The position numbers were made by a program, and so were the translations under genes. A DNA stretch of 64,000 nt. Origin: Eledone cirrhosa. Taxonomy: Eukaryota. Position 1 is the first letter of the stretch, and every line of letters begins with the position of its first letter. Of the stretch, positions 50,312-64,000 are shown in pieces. The notes beneath the pieces were generated by a model. It had not been told where the DNA came from and ran no database searches. It worked only from the letters and a program-made list of their open reading frames with translations. The stretch covers positions 224,874,001 through 224,938,000 of the forward strand of contig OZ024741.1 of assembly GCA_964016885.1 (NCBI GenBank), read 5' to 3'.

Positions 50312-51045
50312 TCTTACGGGGTCGATAAAATAAAGCACCAGTAATGTACTGGTGTCGATTTAATCGACTTTCCCCTTCCCCAACATTACTGGCCTTGTGC
50401 CTATACTAGAAATCATTATTATTTGATTGGCAGTATCGGTAGAGGATCGGACGCCATGCTTTGACGCATAGAGTTACGGCTCTTGCCATTCTGAGTTCAA
50501 ATCCCGCCAAGTTTAACTTTGCCTTTCATCCTTACGGGGTCGATAAAATAAAGTACCAGTAATGTACTGGTTAATTGCTGGCCTTGTGCCTAAAGTAGAA
50601 ACAATTATTAATATTATTATTATCCTTAAGGGCGGTGGATTGGCAGAATCCATAGAAGGTCGGACGCCATGAATTGCAGCATAGAGTTATGGTCCTTTAC
50701 GCTCTGAGTTCAAATCCCGCCGAGGTTAACTTTATCTTTCATCCTTACAGGGTCGATAAAATAAAGTACCAATCACGCACTGGAATCGATTTAATCGACT
50801 TTCCCCTCCCCTGAAATTGCTGGCCTTGTGCTTATAAAAAAAACAATTATTATTATTGGGCGGTGGATTGACAGTATCGGTAGAGAGTCGGATGCCATGC
50901 ATTGCAGCATAGAGTTACGTCCCTTTATTGTCTGAGTTCAAATCCCTACGAGGTTAACTTTGCCTTTCATCCTTACGGGGTCGACAAAATAAAGTACCAG
51001 ATAAAAATAAAGTACTGGGATAATTGCTGGCCTTGTGCCAATAAA
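50312..51045 (+). mobile_element. Head-to-tail cluster of four abundant-SINE copies
   Basis: Copies start near 50312 (truncated), 50426, 50631 and 50858. Confidence 0.85.
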
Positions 51046-51409
51046 TGAGTATTCGAATATATAAACGAAGAAAAATATAAGACGGAATATATAATATAAT
51101 GAATATAGAAATTATTAAAAATAAAACGGAAAAGAAAGTCATTTTCCTACAAGTTTCTGTTCGAAAGATTCCTTATTACAGGTATAGCAATAGGATTTAA
51201 AGCAAGGCTTTAACAGGAAACCCCAACGAGAAATCACGGCAGAAGCAGACGACAAGAAAATCTAATTTTGACAGAAGTTACTCACCGATGAAATGGATTT
51301 CTTTCATAGCAGGAAATTGAGTTGGTCGCGCGTACGCGCAAAGATTGTTTCTTCTTTCGTTATGTGACACAAGAAAATTGCGTGTAGACCACGTATATTA
51401 CCATATAAA

Positions 51410-51481
<72 letters not shown>

Positions 51482-51619
51482 TATATATAATATATATATA
51501 TATATAATATACATGTACATATATCAATATATATAATATACATGTACATATATAAATATATATAATATACATGTACATATATAAATATATATATATGTAC
51601 ATGTATAAATATATATATA

Positions 51620-51673
<54 letters not shown>

Positions 51674-51743
51674 CATGTACATATATAAATATATATATAA
51701 TATACATGTACATATATAAATATATATATATGTACATGTATAA

Positions 51744-51774
<31 letters not shown>

Positions 51775-51823
51775 AGTGCGCATATATATATATATGCGCA
51801 CTCACACACACAAACACACACTG

Positions 51824-51855
<32 letters not shown>

Positions 51856-52194
51856 ACCTACAAACACCCACCTACACACACATACACATACAGACAGACA
51901 CACACACACACAGACACCCACACACGCACACATACACACACGACCACCCACCTACACCCACCTACACAGACCCCCCCCCCATATATATATCTATCTTCTT
52001 TAGATGGTTGTTGAAGTGGAATGGAGACAGCCAACAGCAAAGCCAGAGCGAGTGAAACGCGTCATTAATTTGCAAAATGAAAAGAAAAGAGAAAAAGAAA
52101 AAAAAAAGAAAAAGAAAAAAAAAAGAGCCGCCGAAAAGTGTGAGAATTAACATACTTTCGCCAATGGCGACTTGGCTTTATATTTAATATAACA

Positions 52195-52863
52195 CACAAG
52201 ATAGATAGAGGCACATACACACACACATACATTCACACACACACACACATATACACACATATACACATGCACACATACACATATATAGATATATGCACAC
52301 ATACGTACACACACACACTGACATGCCCACACACATACATAGATATATGCTCACACACATACACACACAAACACACACAAACACATAGATAAATATATGC
52401 ACACACACACAAACACATACACACACACAGAGATAGATATATGCACACACACACACATCACACACTCATACACACACTAACATGCCCACACACATACATA
52501 GATATATGCTCACACACATACACACACAAACACACACACACAAACACATAGATAGATATATGCACACACACATACACACACAAACACATACACACACACA
52601 GAGATAGATATATGCACACACACACATAGATAGATATATGCACATACACACATACACACACAAACACACGCACATAGATAGATATATGCACACACACACA
52701 TAGATAGATATATGAACACACACACATACACACACAAACACACACAAACACACACACAGAGATAGATATATGCACACACACATATATAGATATATGCACA
52801 CACACACAAACACACGCACATAGATAGATATATGCACACACACACACACACGCATAGATATAT

Positions 52864-52900
<37 letters not shown>

Positions 52901-53170
52901 GATATATGCACACACACACACATATATATATGCACACACACACATACATTCACACACATAAAAACACACACACGGATAATGTATGTATCTATAAATGTAT
53001 GTATGTATGTATGTGTGTATGTGTGTGTTTATGTGTATGTGTGTGCATTCGTGTTCGGGTACTCACACACACACACAAACACACACACTCTCTCTCACAC
53101 GCACACACTCTCTCACACACACAGACACGCTCTCTCACACACACACAGACATACACACACACATACACAA

Positions 53171-53202
<32 letters not shown>

Positions 53203-53540
53203 GCAGACGCACGCACACACAAACGCACACACACACAAACGCACACACACACACACACTCTCTCACACGCACACACACTCTCACACGCACACATACACAA
53301 ACGCGCACACACACACATACACACACACACACACACATAAACGCACACACACACACAAACGCGCACACACACACACACTCTCTCTCTCACACACAAGCAC
53401 TCTCTCACACACAGACACGCTCTCTCACACACACACAGACACACACACACACACATACACAAACGCGCGCACACACACACATACACACGCAGACGCACAC
53501 ACACACAAACGCGCACACACACACACACCATATATATGAA
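52195..53540. repeat. CA-rich minisatellite and microsatellite (agatagatatatgcacacacac units)
   Basis: Direct reading. Confidence 0.9.
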
Positions 53541-53685
53541 GTCAATATTTTTATTTTTCGTGTCATTGCAACATTCCAGAGGTCTCTGAAATGAAGTCAA
53601 GCGGACGGAGAGCTCCACCGCAATCATCACCACCAACGTCTCTTTGCCTGCCCCAATTTTCCTCATCGCCATAATCCGCAAGCAT

Positions 53686-54272
53686 TGGTGGATTGGCAGT
53701 ATCAGTAGAGGGTCGGCCGCCTTGTTTTGCAGCATAGAGTTACGGCCCTTTACAGTTAACTTTGCCTTTCATCCTTACGAGCTCGATAAAATAAAATACC
53801 AGTTATGCAGTGAGATAATTGCTGGCCTTGTGCCAAAAGTAGACACAATTATTATTGGTAGATTGGCAGTATCGGTAGAGCGTCAGACACCATGCTTTGA
53901 CGCACAGAGTTACGCCCCCTTTACAGTTCAAATCCCACCGAGGTTAACTTTGCCTTTCATCCTTACGGGGTCGATAAAATAAAGTACCAGTCACGCACTG
54001 GGGTCGATTTAATCGACTTTCCTCTCCCCCATAAGTGTTGGCCTTGTGCCTATAGCAGAAATCATTATTATTTTAATGTGGCGGTGGATTGGCAGTATCG
54101 GTAGAGGGCCGGACGCCATGCTTCTGACGTATAGAGTTACGGCCCTTGCCATCCTGAGTTCAAATCCCGCAGAGGTTAAGTTTGCCTTTCATCCTTACGA
54201 GGTCGATAAAATAAAGTACCAGTAATGTACTGGGTAATTGCTGGCCTTGTGCCAATAGTAGAAACAATTATT
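53686..54272 (+). mobile_element. Three head-to-tail abundant-SINE copies
   Basis: Copies start near 53687, 53857 and 54080. Confidence 0.85.
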
Positions 54273-54681
54273 TTAATGTCGGATTTTCTCACGTCCATGT
54301 GTTGGCAGTACTTCTTCTGCGCATGTCTTTTTTATCTTTTTTATCTTGCTTTTCTAAAGTTAAAAAAAGCTTCAACTTTTTTTTTATAAGTCCGGCGCCA
54401 GCAGTTTATATTAAGTCTTACTTCGTCTAACAATGAACACGAGTAAGTATCATTGCGAGTGGAAATCTGGTATCCCTTAAGGCAGGAAAATCTTCAACAG
54501 AATTTGTATTAAAACCAGGCATTCTACTATTGAGAATTTCATTACATCTTTGGCTACAAATTCTTAAGCAGGAAGGGTAAAATCACTTGCCTAGCCGATC
54601 TTTCACTGTTATCTAGTCGCATAATCCTTGAACCACATTCATCCTAAAACTGTAACCAGAAATCCCGGGTTTCGTACGAGC

Positions 54682-55533
54682 TTTTAGTGATAGCTTTTTC
54701 GCTATTTCTCTTGTTTATGGGCATTAACTACCCTAACAAAATCATCAGTTACTTTCCTAGTCCTAGAAATATGACATTTAACTCTCCATGACTAAATAAT
54801 GATTTCATTTATTGGCCACAAGGGCCGACATATAGAGGACAATACAAAAGACTGGGACAGTGGGGTTTTACAGGTGCATTTTTCAGTGGGCATTTACGTC
54901 AATGTCTCACGAGAAATGAGACTCTCTCGTTTTGTCCTTCCGCTCATGTGGCGTCGGTGTTTCTTTTACTTCCGATGCACCCCCCCCCCCAACAAAAAAA
55001 TCGTACGTCCTTAACAATTGTCAACATCATTGCAAATATAACTGTATAAATAATTTATCTATCTGTACCTGTGTATGAGTATGTATAGATATGTGTTTGT
55101 TGTCTATTAAGACACAGTAAATACTCTGACATAACTCACACATGATTTGGTTGAAGTAATTTATCACCTGTGGTTGGAATTAATTTATCTTGCTTCAGCA
55201 CGTAATAATTAATAGCATTTCATTGATTACACTGTTATATTAGTATAATTATTGCATCGATGTCTCATTCGTATCATTATACAATTAATTATCAATATAA
55301 TCAGTTACATCATTAATTTAACACTTTTTTATATACAATGTTTTTAGTGATAGCTTTTTCGCTATTTCTCTTGTTTATGGGCATTAACTACCCTAACAAA
55401 ATCATCAGTTACTTTCCTAGTCCTAGAAATATGACATTTAACTCTCCATGACTAAATAATGATTTCATTTATTGGCCACAATGGCCGACATATAGAGGAC
55501 AATACAAAAGACTGGGACAGTGGGGTTTTACAG
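54682..55533. repeat. 192-bp direct duplication (offset 660) spanning the 3' end of Tx1 element D and its flank
   Basis: 54682-54873 equals 55342-55533 with one mismatch seen. Confidence 0.9.
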
Positions 55534-58500
55534 AAAAATCGAGCAAACAATATGAATAACAATAACAAAGTAACAAGAAAAATACAAGAAAAATTCCCAA
55601 TAGGGGGGGATGACCACCCAGGGTTCGCTCAGGTACCCCACCAATCCTGAATGACCCGACGCTTCGAGAGCACCCTGGAAGGGCACCCCTCTCCTCCTCA
55701 AATTTACCCACCTACAGTGTATGACCAGAGTAGGCCGACTCACACGGGCCATTCTCGCCACATTCACCCACCTTTCAACAGATGTACGGGGGGAGGGGGG
55801 GGGGCACTTCTCTCTCCACCCTCATCTTCCTTTCCAAGTGAAACTTGAAGAAGTTGATGAGGGATTGGCCGAAGAGAAAAGTGTCTGTCTTCAGTCCTTT
55901 TAACCTCATCTACCATACAACCTCTTTCGCTACTGCCACCAGACAGGAAAATTGCCAGCCCTTCCTGGCCAAAAGAAGGCGGCGGGTCGATCTTCACTAT
56001 GGACTCGGATCTATTCTACACGCGACAACAGCTGTTCGACATAACTCCACAAGTCAGTAATGCACGGACACTGGACGCGTGCGTGCAGAACGGTTTCGTC
56101 GCTCTGCGCGCGTCTCGGGCAGGTCCGCGCCTGTAGAGTTTATCTCGAACCGGCAGTGCCCCTCGGTAGCACTGCCAAGCGAAGGATTTTTGGAAATTAT
56201 CCATCGTCTCCGGCTCGAAAGTCCTCCGGAACAGACTGGTTAGTTCGACTTCGTCAACTCCCAGAGCCTCTCCGAGTGCGTCGTCGCACTTTCGCACCAC
56301 TAATCCTCTATAGAACTCGAGAGTGGAAGTTCCACTGACCGCATTGCCCGCCTGGTAGAGGGCAGTGAGTGCCTGGAAACATTCCAGATGCCAGTCACCC
56401 AGTCTCGGTCTCTTCAGGACTGCAGTTCAGTCAAAGAGACGAGCTGCGGAAAGGCCCGTCTGATAAACGGCGACCACACCTGTTCACCGTTTAGGCAGAA
56501 TATCTGGAGATGCCGCAGCCTCAGCGCGTGTCTGCGCATCATTAGCCACGGCATGCCCAGCCCTCCACGTAGAGGGTGCTGGCAGCAGATGGACCTCCTC
56601 ACCAATGGAACCTAACCCCTCCACAAGAATTTGAAGAGGAGCCGCTCCAAGATGGCGAGGCGCGAACGGGGGCAAGAGACAACGGTCAGACGGTAGTAGA
56701 TGACGGACGCGATGTACGCCTTCGCTACCTCCGCCCGAACTTTTAGGGATAGCTTTCTCGCAGCCCATTTCTGGGTGAGACTGGCTACCCTTCCCGTCAC
56801 CTCGTCCCAATTCTTATCCACCTGGAGGTCTGGCCCGAACCAAACCCCGAGCAACTTTACTGGTCCGTCCGTCCAGCGCCTAACGACGCTGTTTCACGGC
56901 ATGGACTTGCCTCTCCAGGTGCCGAGTTGCAAGTCCGCCGACCTTTCCGGGTTAAGTTTTGCTCCCGTCAACCTTTCATATTCCTCCAATAAGTTGCCGA
57001 CCACCTCGATTTCTGAGGTGTCCGACACCATCACGGTGATGTCGTCCGCATAAGCCGACACAGCCTTTCCGCGTCCCGGTTCGAGGGGGATGCCCTGCAA
57101 CAGCTCCAACTTCCGCAGTAAAGGCTCGAGAGTCAATACGTACAGAAAGGAGGAGAGAGGGCACCCTTCAAGGACCGATCGCGTGACCTGAAACGTTTCC
57201 GAGAGGTGGCCATTAATTTTGACCACCGAGCAGGTGCCGCTGTGTATTGCAGCGATCCAGCTTCTGAAGACGGGGCCGAAGCCAGCCGCCTTAAGGACAG
57301 CCTCCAGGTACCGATAGTCGAACCTATCGGATGCTTTCGATTGATCTAAATTGATCAGAGCCTCACCGAAGCCAGGTTTACACCTTACCCTCTCTAAGAT
57401 ATATCGCATCAGGTGGAGGTTGTCGTGTATGGACCTGGTTGGGATTGCGCAAGTTTGCGCCTCCCCACCCAAATTCCCGACGACAAGCGCCAACCTCTTC
57501 GCTAACATCTTAAACTCTGTGTTGAGCAGGGTTATGGGCCTGAAATTGTCTAATGTGTCCCTCTTGTTCTCGTCTTTCCTTATCAGCGTCACTACGCCCC
57601 GGCTCACAGAACTGGGAATGCTCCCGTTCTGCTGCCAGCTGCAGTAGAGCGCTTCGAAGAGATTGGAGAACAAGTCTGACATATTTACGTAAAGCTCGTA
57701 GGGTGACTTGCGCCTCATGCAGCCGACAAGGGCATCCTGAATCTCGGCTGAAGTAATCAGCCTTTCGCAGCGCCCAGCGTCGGCCGTCGAGAGTTGCGGC
57801 AAGCCATCGACTGAAGTCCGCCACCGTCTCTGACCCGCCACTTCCCCCGAACAATCGAGCAAAATGTTGGCGAAAGGCCTCACACATCCTCTTGGAATCG
57901 CTCAGCTCGTGTCCATCTCGGTCCGTCAAAGACCGAACTGTGGTTTTATTACCACGCTGCGCTTCTGCCACGCGGGCCCATCGAACAGCTTTTGTTCCCT
58001 CGTTTCTCAGAGCACGCACCTTAGCTCTGACAATGCAATCTTCGTGTTTCGCATTGAAGAAATGGTCTAATGCCATTCTCGCCGCTAGCACGTTAGTTGC
58101 AATGCCACTACAAATAGCCTCGTCTAACTTATCTACCAACGTCCCCTATTTCTATTTTTCTCTAACGCTACTTCTTTGCTAAACTCTCTCGTCATTACCC
58201 TAATCTCTCTTTTGAGAGCCCCATACCATATATTGTTGACGACTCCCCCTGTCAACCTTTTCTTAACTAAGTTGTTGACCTGGTCCATATAAGCCTTACG
58301 TGCCGGAAATGACATGTTCAGCTTCCAGTAACCAGGTCCTAACCTACCCATCTTATCTAGGTCGACCATACAGATCACAAACTTGTGATCTGAATAGGCG
58401 ACCGTTTTAAAACGCGGTCAGCTTACACTATTTCTGTCTATTTTCCTAATGAATATCCTGTCTATATACGATCTAGATGACCCTATGCGGTTAGCCCAGG

Positions 58501-60580
58501 TCCACACTGGCGCATTAGGGAAATCTAGTCGGTACCTGTCAGACAGTTGGAACTGGCTGATCAGGTTCTTGAGGCTTTTGCACCCCCCGCTCCTATCGGA
58601 TACTCCCACACAGTCCCAGCGTGCGTCTAAGATGCCGTTCCAGTCCCTCGCTAACAGTAAAGGGCGAGACGTACCCAGAAATGCATCCATGCGTCTAAAG
58701 AAGTCCGGCCGTCTTGCCCCAGTAGGGGCGAAGACGGCCACCAGTCTAAAGGCACCACCTTCGTTATTGTTCACGTCCAGGACCACCAATTTCCGGTCCG
58801 GGTCCCAGAAGATCGACTTTACCTCGAGATCCAGGCCTTTCCTAAACAGCACTGCCACCCCGCCTCCCATTCCCGGCCGACTAACAGATGCAAAGATCTG
58901 AAAATGGGGTATAGTGCGCGCGTGTCGGAAATCCTGGTCTCGCTGACGGCAATTACATCCATTTCTAGAGACCTGAGGTCATTGAGCAGGTGACTCTGCT
59001 TCTAGGACGATCCCAGACCTCGAACATTTAAACTTCCTACTCTTAATACGGCCATGCTGGCAGGTTAAAAGAGAGAGAGAGGAAAGGTTTACTTACCTTC
59101 CGGGCGCTTGTGAAGGTCGGGTGATTCGACCTCCATAGTTGGTGGGGTTTCTTTTGGGAACCCCTTTAAAAGTCTTGAAGTGGATTTTACGTTCGGGGTT
59201 CCCACGTCCCGAGGAAAGCTGTCTCGTATCTCTTTGTATAAATCGAGCGACATTCGCACCAGAAACAAATCTTCCGGCACGCGAAATGTGCTCGATTTAA
59301 AAATGTCCTCTTCTTTTTGAATATCTTCACTTCGTGCTACGAGCGCCATCAGTTCCTTGTTGGCCCTCCTGACGAGCACAAAGTTTTGTATGTTTTGTTG
59401 GTGTGATTTTATTTGTTTGCGTGGCTGTGGTGGTGATGGTTTTGATGGTGTTGTTTCGGTTGTGTCTGTGGTTTCAGATGTTTGTGTGTATTTGTTCTTG
59501 CGTCTGTTTAGGTTGTTTGCGTTTGTGGGATTCTGGAGATGGTGATGGTGGTGTTGATGTTGGTGTTATTGGGGAGATGTTTGCGTGGGTGGTGTCTGCA
59601 CTTTTTATAGTGGGTGATTTTGTGCTTTGTTGAGCTTTTTTTTCTTTTCGTGTTTCCTTTTTTTGTATTTTGGGGGATTTTCGTTTCCCCTCATCTTCAC
59701 TACTGGTAGATGAGGGGTCTGTGTCTGTAAGTGTGTCTGTGTGTGTGTTTATGTTTTTATTGGTGTGTGTATTTTGAGGGGGAGGGGGAATTTGACAACT
59801 TTCCTCTCTGGGTGGTCAATGTTGGTGGTGGTCTTTCTATTGGTGTTGTTGCTGGTGGTTTTGCTGGTGCTGGTGCTGCTTGTGGTCCTCGCCCCGGCGT
59901 CGGCAGCAGTAGAGCCCTTCGACCCCTTGCATCTTTCAGCAGTTGAGGGCAGAAGATCCGCAAATGGGCTTTTTCCCTACAAACAAAACACTGCGGCCTT
60001 TTGCCGTCGGTCATAATGTGAATGACCGTCCCATTCTGAAGGCGGATGTGGTCCGGGATTGTCTTCATATTCTCGGGCCTGATCTGGAGAAGTATCTCCG
60101 GTCAACTCCGGACCAGTCCTCTCTGGTAGTTCTTGTTACTTATATCGGGAGGTATCCGTCCCCTCCACAATCACACATCCCAGAAGCCACCACATGTCAA
60201 GTCCTGGTGGGATTCTTGGAATGCGGAGACGAGCCGTTCTTTTTCCCATGTGGGAGGGGTACATTATGACCTTGCTGGTTTTGCAAGGAGTCATAGCGTG
60301 TGTCATAGCGAGGGCTTCTGACTTAAACAGCACCGAAATGGTGCCGTACTGTCTGCCCCTCGCTATGTATTCGGTGTCATCTCTGATGCACCTCAGCACG
60401 ACGTCAACATCTGCTTGTGGAATTAAAGCTGCCCTTTTGGTTTGTGCTGAGATGCATCTATAATGCACGGTTCTGCGCTCCACTGCCTCAATAGCTTCTA
60501 TCAGGACAGTTAAGTTGGCCCAGGTTTGCTCTTGCTTGATGAGCTTCCATCCATGACTAAGTTGTTGCAAGTAAACTCTT
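55455..60580 (-). mobile_element. Tx1/L1-clade element D, 5'-truncated and decayed
   Basis: ORF2 fragments 59055 to 55712 (LDQSKA, GCPLS, YADD, SDH); ORF1 fragments 60570 to 59089 (CFVCREKAHLRIFC); 3' end gtggccaataaatgaaatcattatt. Confidence 0.9.
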
Positions 60581-60627
60581 AGCTTATTAACATTTTGACA
60601 CTGTTTTATTATTAATTGTCATACAAG

Positions 60628-61970
60628 GGCGGATGATTGGCACTATCGGTAGAGAGTCGGACACCATGCTTTGCGGTCTCAGTTCAAATCCCGCCGAGGT
60701 TAACTTTGCCTTTCATCCTTACGGGGTCGATAAAATAAAGTACCAGTAACGTATTGGGATCGATTTAATCGACTTTCCCCTCTCCCCAAATTACTGGCCT
60801 TGTGCCTATACTAGAAATCATTATTAATAAGCTAATCTAACTGGAATCTGAGTTTGTAAAAGGTTCAGTTTAGTAGACGACAGTTAATTGCACTGAAGTA
60901 CATGTGTTAAATTATTGGTTTCTGATTTAGGCACAAGGCCAGAAATTTTTGAGTGAGGGCAAAGCCGATTAAATCGACCCCAGTGTGTTACTGGTACTTT
61001 ATTTTACCAACCCTGTAAGGATGAAAGGCAAAGCTAACCTCGGCGGGATTTAAAATCAAAACTAAAAGGGACGTAACTCTATGCCATGAAGTATGGTGTC
61101 CGACGCTCTACCGATTACTCCCACAAGCGTTAAAATCTATATAAAAAAAAAATTCGATGATAGTCAAACCCACAACAAACACCGCCACGTCCATTAACCA
61201 ATATAGCTAGCGACACTGTTTTCTAATTTAGGCACAAGATCAACAATTTGTGGGGAGGGGGAAAGACGATTACATCGACCTCAGTACGTGACTGGTATTT
61301 ATTTTACCGACACTCGAAGGATGAAAGGCAAAGTTGACCGCGTAGGGATTTGACCTCAGAACGACAAGGTCAGGAACTATATACCACGTAACATCGATTA
61401 AATCGACCCAGTGCATTACTGGTGCTTTAATTATCGACCCCGAAAGGCAAAATTAACCTCGGCGGGATTTGAACTCAGAATGTAAAGGGCCGTAACTCTA
61501 TGGCGCGAAGCAGAGTGTCCGACGCTCTACCGATACTGCCAATCCATCGCCCTTTGTATCCCTACCAATAATAGTTTCTACTTTTGGCACAAGGCCAGCA
61601 ATTATCCCAGTACGATACTGGTACTTTATTTCATCGATCCCGTAAGGATGAAAGGCAACGTCAACCACGGCGTGATTTGTACTCAGGCCGTAAAGGGACG
61701 TAACTCTATGCTGTAAATCATAGCGTCCGATCCTCTACCGATACTGCCTACCGATAATGGTTTCTGATTCAGACATAAGACCAACAATTCTGGGGAGGAG
61801 AGAGTCGATTAAATCAACCCGAGTAGATTACTGGTACCTTATGTTATCGATTCCATAAGGATGAAAGGTAAAGTAAACATCGGCGGAATTTGAATTTAGA
61901 ACGTAAAGGGACATAACTACATGCTGCAAAACATGTCCGACGCTCTACCAATACTGCCAATCCGCCGCCC
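60628..61970. mobile_element. Dense SINE cluster (one plus copy, about six minus copies)
   Basis: Repeated SINE core on both strands. Confidence 0.8.
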
Positions 61971-62082
61971 TATATCTTTACCGATAATGTAACTGTTATA
62001 ACAGTAAATATAGGGCCAAGTACACCCCTTAGGTGTGTGTGTGTGTATGTGTGTGTGTGTGTGGGTGTGTGTGTGTGTGTGA

Positions 62083-62123
<41 letters not shown>

Positions 62124-62280
62124 TGAGTGTGTGTGTGTATGTGTGTGTGTGTGTGTGTGTATGTGTGTGTGTGTGTGTGTGAGTGTGTGAGTGTGTGTGT
62201 GTGTGTATGTGTGTGTGTGTGGGGGGGGGGGTGTGAGTGAGTGTGTGTGTGTGTGTGTGAGTGAGTGTGTGTGTGTGAGA

Positions 62281-62325
<45 letters not shown>

Positions 62326-62679
62326 TGTGAGTGTGTGTGCACGATTATATATCTGTAAGTAGCGTTCCCTCTTACCGTTACTGTTTACACTCCCGCCCCG
62401 ATAAACACTTTTCTCTTTCTCTCATTTTACTTCTTCCACCAAACTCGTAACACACGTATGTACAAAATACTACACTCTACTACTGGATTGGCAGTATCGG
62501 TAGAGGGTCAGATACCATGCTTTGATGCATAGAGTTACGGCCCTTTCAATTCTCAGTTCAAATCCCACCGAGGTTAACTTTGCCTTTCATCCTTACGGGG
62601 TCGATAAAATCAAGATATCAATATATTATTAGATATAGGGATGTATATATATATAGATAATATTAGGTATTATTGTTTG

Positions 62680-63825
62680 GGATTGGCAGTATCGGTAGAG
62701 GGTCGGACGCCATGCTTTCCAGCATAGTTACGTCCCTTTACGCTCTGAGTTCAAATCCCGCCGAGGTTGACTTTGCCTTTCATCCTTACGGGGTCGATAA
62801 AATAAAGTACCAGTAATGCACTGGGGTAATTGCTGGCCTTGTGCCAAAAGTAGAAACAATTATTTAAAGGTGGATTGGCAGTATCGGTAGAGGGTCGGAC
62901 GCCATGCTTTCCAGCATAGTTACGTCCCTTTACGATCTGAGTTCAAATCCCGCCGAGGTTGACTTTGCCTTTCATCCTTACGGGGTCGATAAAATAAAGT
63001 ACCAGTAATGCACTGGGGTAATTGCTGGCCTTGTGCCAAAAGTAGAAACAATTATTTAAAGGTGGATTGGCAGTATCGGTAGAGGGTCGGACGCCATGCT
63101 TTCCAGCATAGTTACGTCCCTTTACGATCTGAGTTCAAATCCCGCCGAGGTTGACTTTGCCTTTCATCCTTACGGGGTCGATAAAATAAAGTACCAGTAA
63201 TGCACTGGGGTAATTGCTGGCCTTGTGCCAAAAGTAGAAACAATTATTTAAAGGTGGATTGGCAGTATCGGTAGAGGGTCGGACGCCATGCTTTCCAGCA
63301 TAGTTACGTCCCTTTACGATCTGAGTTCAAATCCCGCCGAGGTTGACTTTGCCTTTCATCCTTACGGGGTCGATAAAATAAAGTACCAGTAATGCACTGG
63401 GGTAATTGCTGGCCTTGTGCCAAAAGTAGAAACAATTATTTAAAGGTGGATTGGCAGTATCGGTAGAGGGTCGGACGCCATGCTTTCCAGCATAGTTACG
63501 TCCCTTTACGATCTGAGTTCAAATCCCGCCGAGGTTGACTTTGCCTTTCATCCTTACGGGGTCGATAAAATAAAGTACCAGTAATGCACTGGGGTAATTG
63601 CTGGCCTTGTGCCAAAAGTAGAAACAATTATTTTAAAGGTGGATTGGCAGTATCGGTAGAGGGTCGGACGCCATGCTTTCCAGCATAGTTACGTCCCTTT
63701 ACGATCTGAGTTCAAATCCCGCCGAGGTTGACTTTGCCTTTCATCCTTACGAGGTCGATAAAATAAAGTACCAGTAATGCACTGGGGGTAATTGCTGGCC
63801 TTGTGCCAAAAGTAGAAACAATTAT
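62680..63825 (+). repeat. Tandem array of six near-identical 192-bp SINE units
   Basis: gattggcagtatcgg starts at 62681, 62873, 63065, 63257, 63449 and 63642. Confidence 0.95.
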
Positions 63826-64000
63826 AAATACTCTGACTCAGACACAACTTTATCCAAATATATTTAGAATATAAAACTCAGAAATTTACATGTTTATATC
63901 ATATGCAAAATTCGTTGAATTTCCAAGGGTTTACAACGGAAGAATATTAGCCAGATCTACTTTAAAAAAAAAAAAAATAAAAAATAAAGCCCCAAAATTC

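Noticed and set aside
51280-51330. Hammerhead-like actca-CCGATGA...GAAA-t-tgagt
   Set aside because: The core is altered and there is no stem III or cleavage triplet

Overview
Repeat-rich, AT- and microsatellite-dense eukaryotic DNA. The SINE types suggest a cephalopod such as octopus, which is an inference. No host gene is confidently visible. Main contents: (1) a 17-kb head-to-tail chain of three different Tx1/L1-clade non-LTR retrotransposons (17.2-34.4 kb), each ending in (TATC)n, with one ORF2 fully open, plus a fourth decayed relative on the minus strand (55.5-60.6 kb). (2) About 11 well-formed minimal type I hammerhead ribozyme motifs, plus half and variant motifs, from several unrelated small non-coding elements. 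They sit at (TA)n tracts as ~445-480-bp tandem units or outward-facing inverted duplications, and look like Penelope-type pLTR remnants or retrozymes. (3) Many tRNA-derived SINEs, including a 6 x 192-bp tandem array. (4) Fragments of R4-like, RTE, CR1 and mariner elements, two TA-flanked MITEs, and satellites and microsatellites. All motifs and folds were read by eye and coordinates may be off by a few bases.
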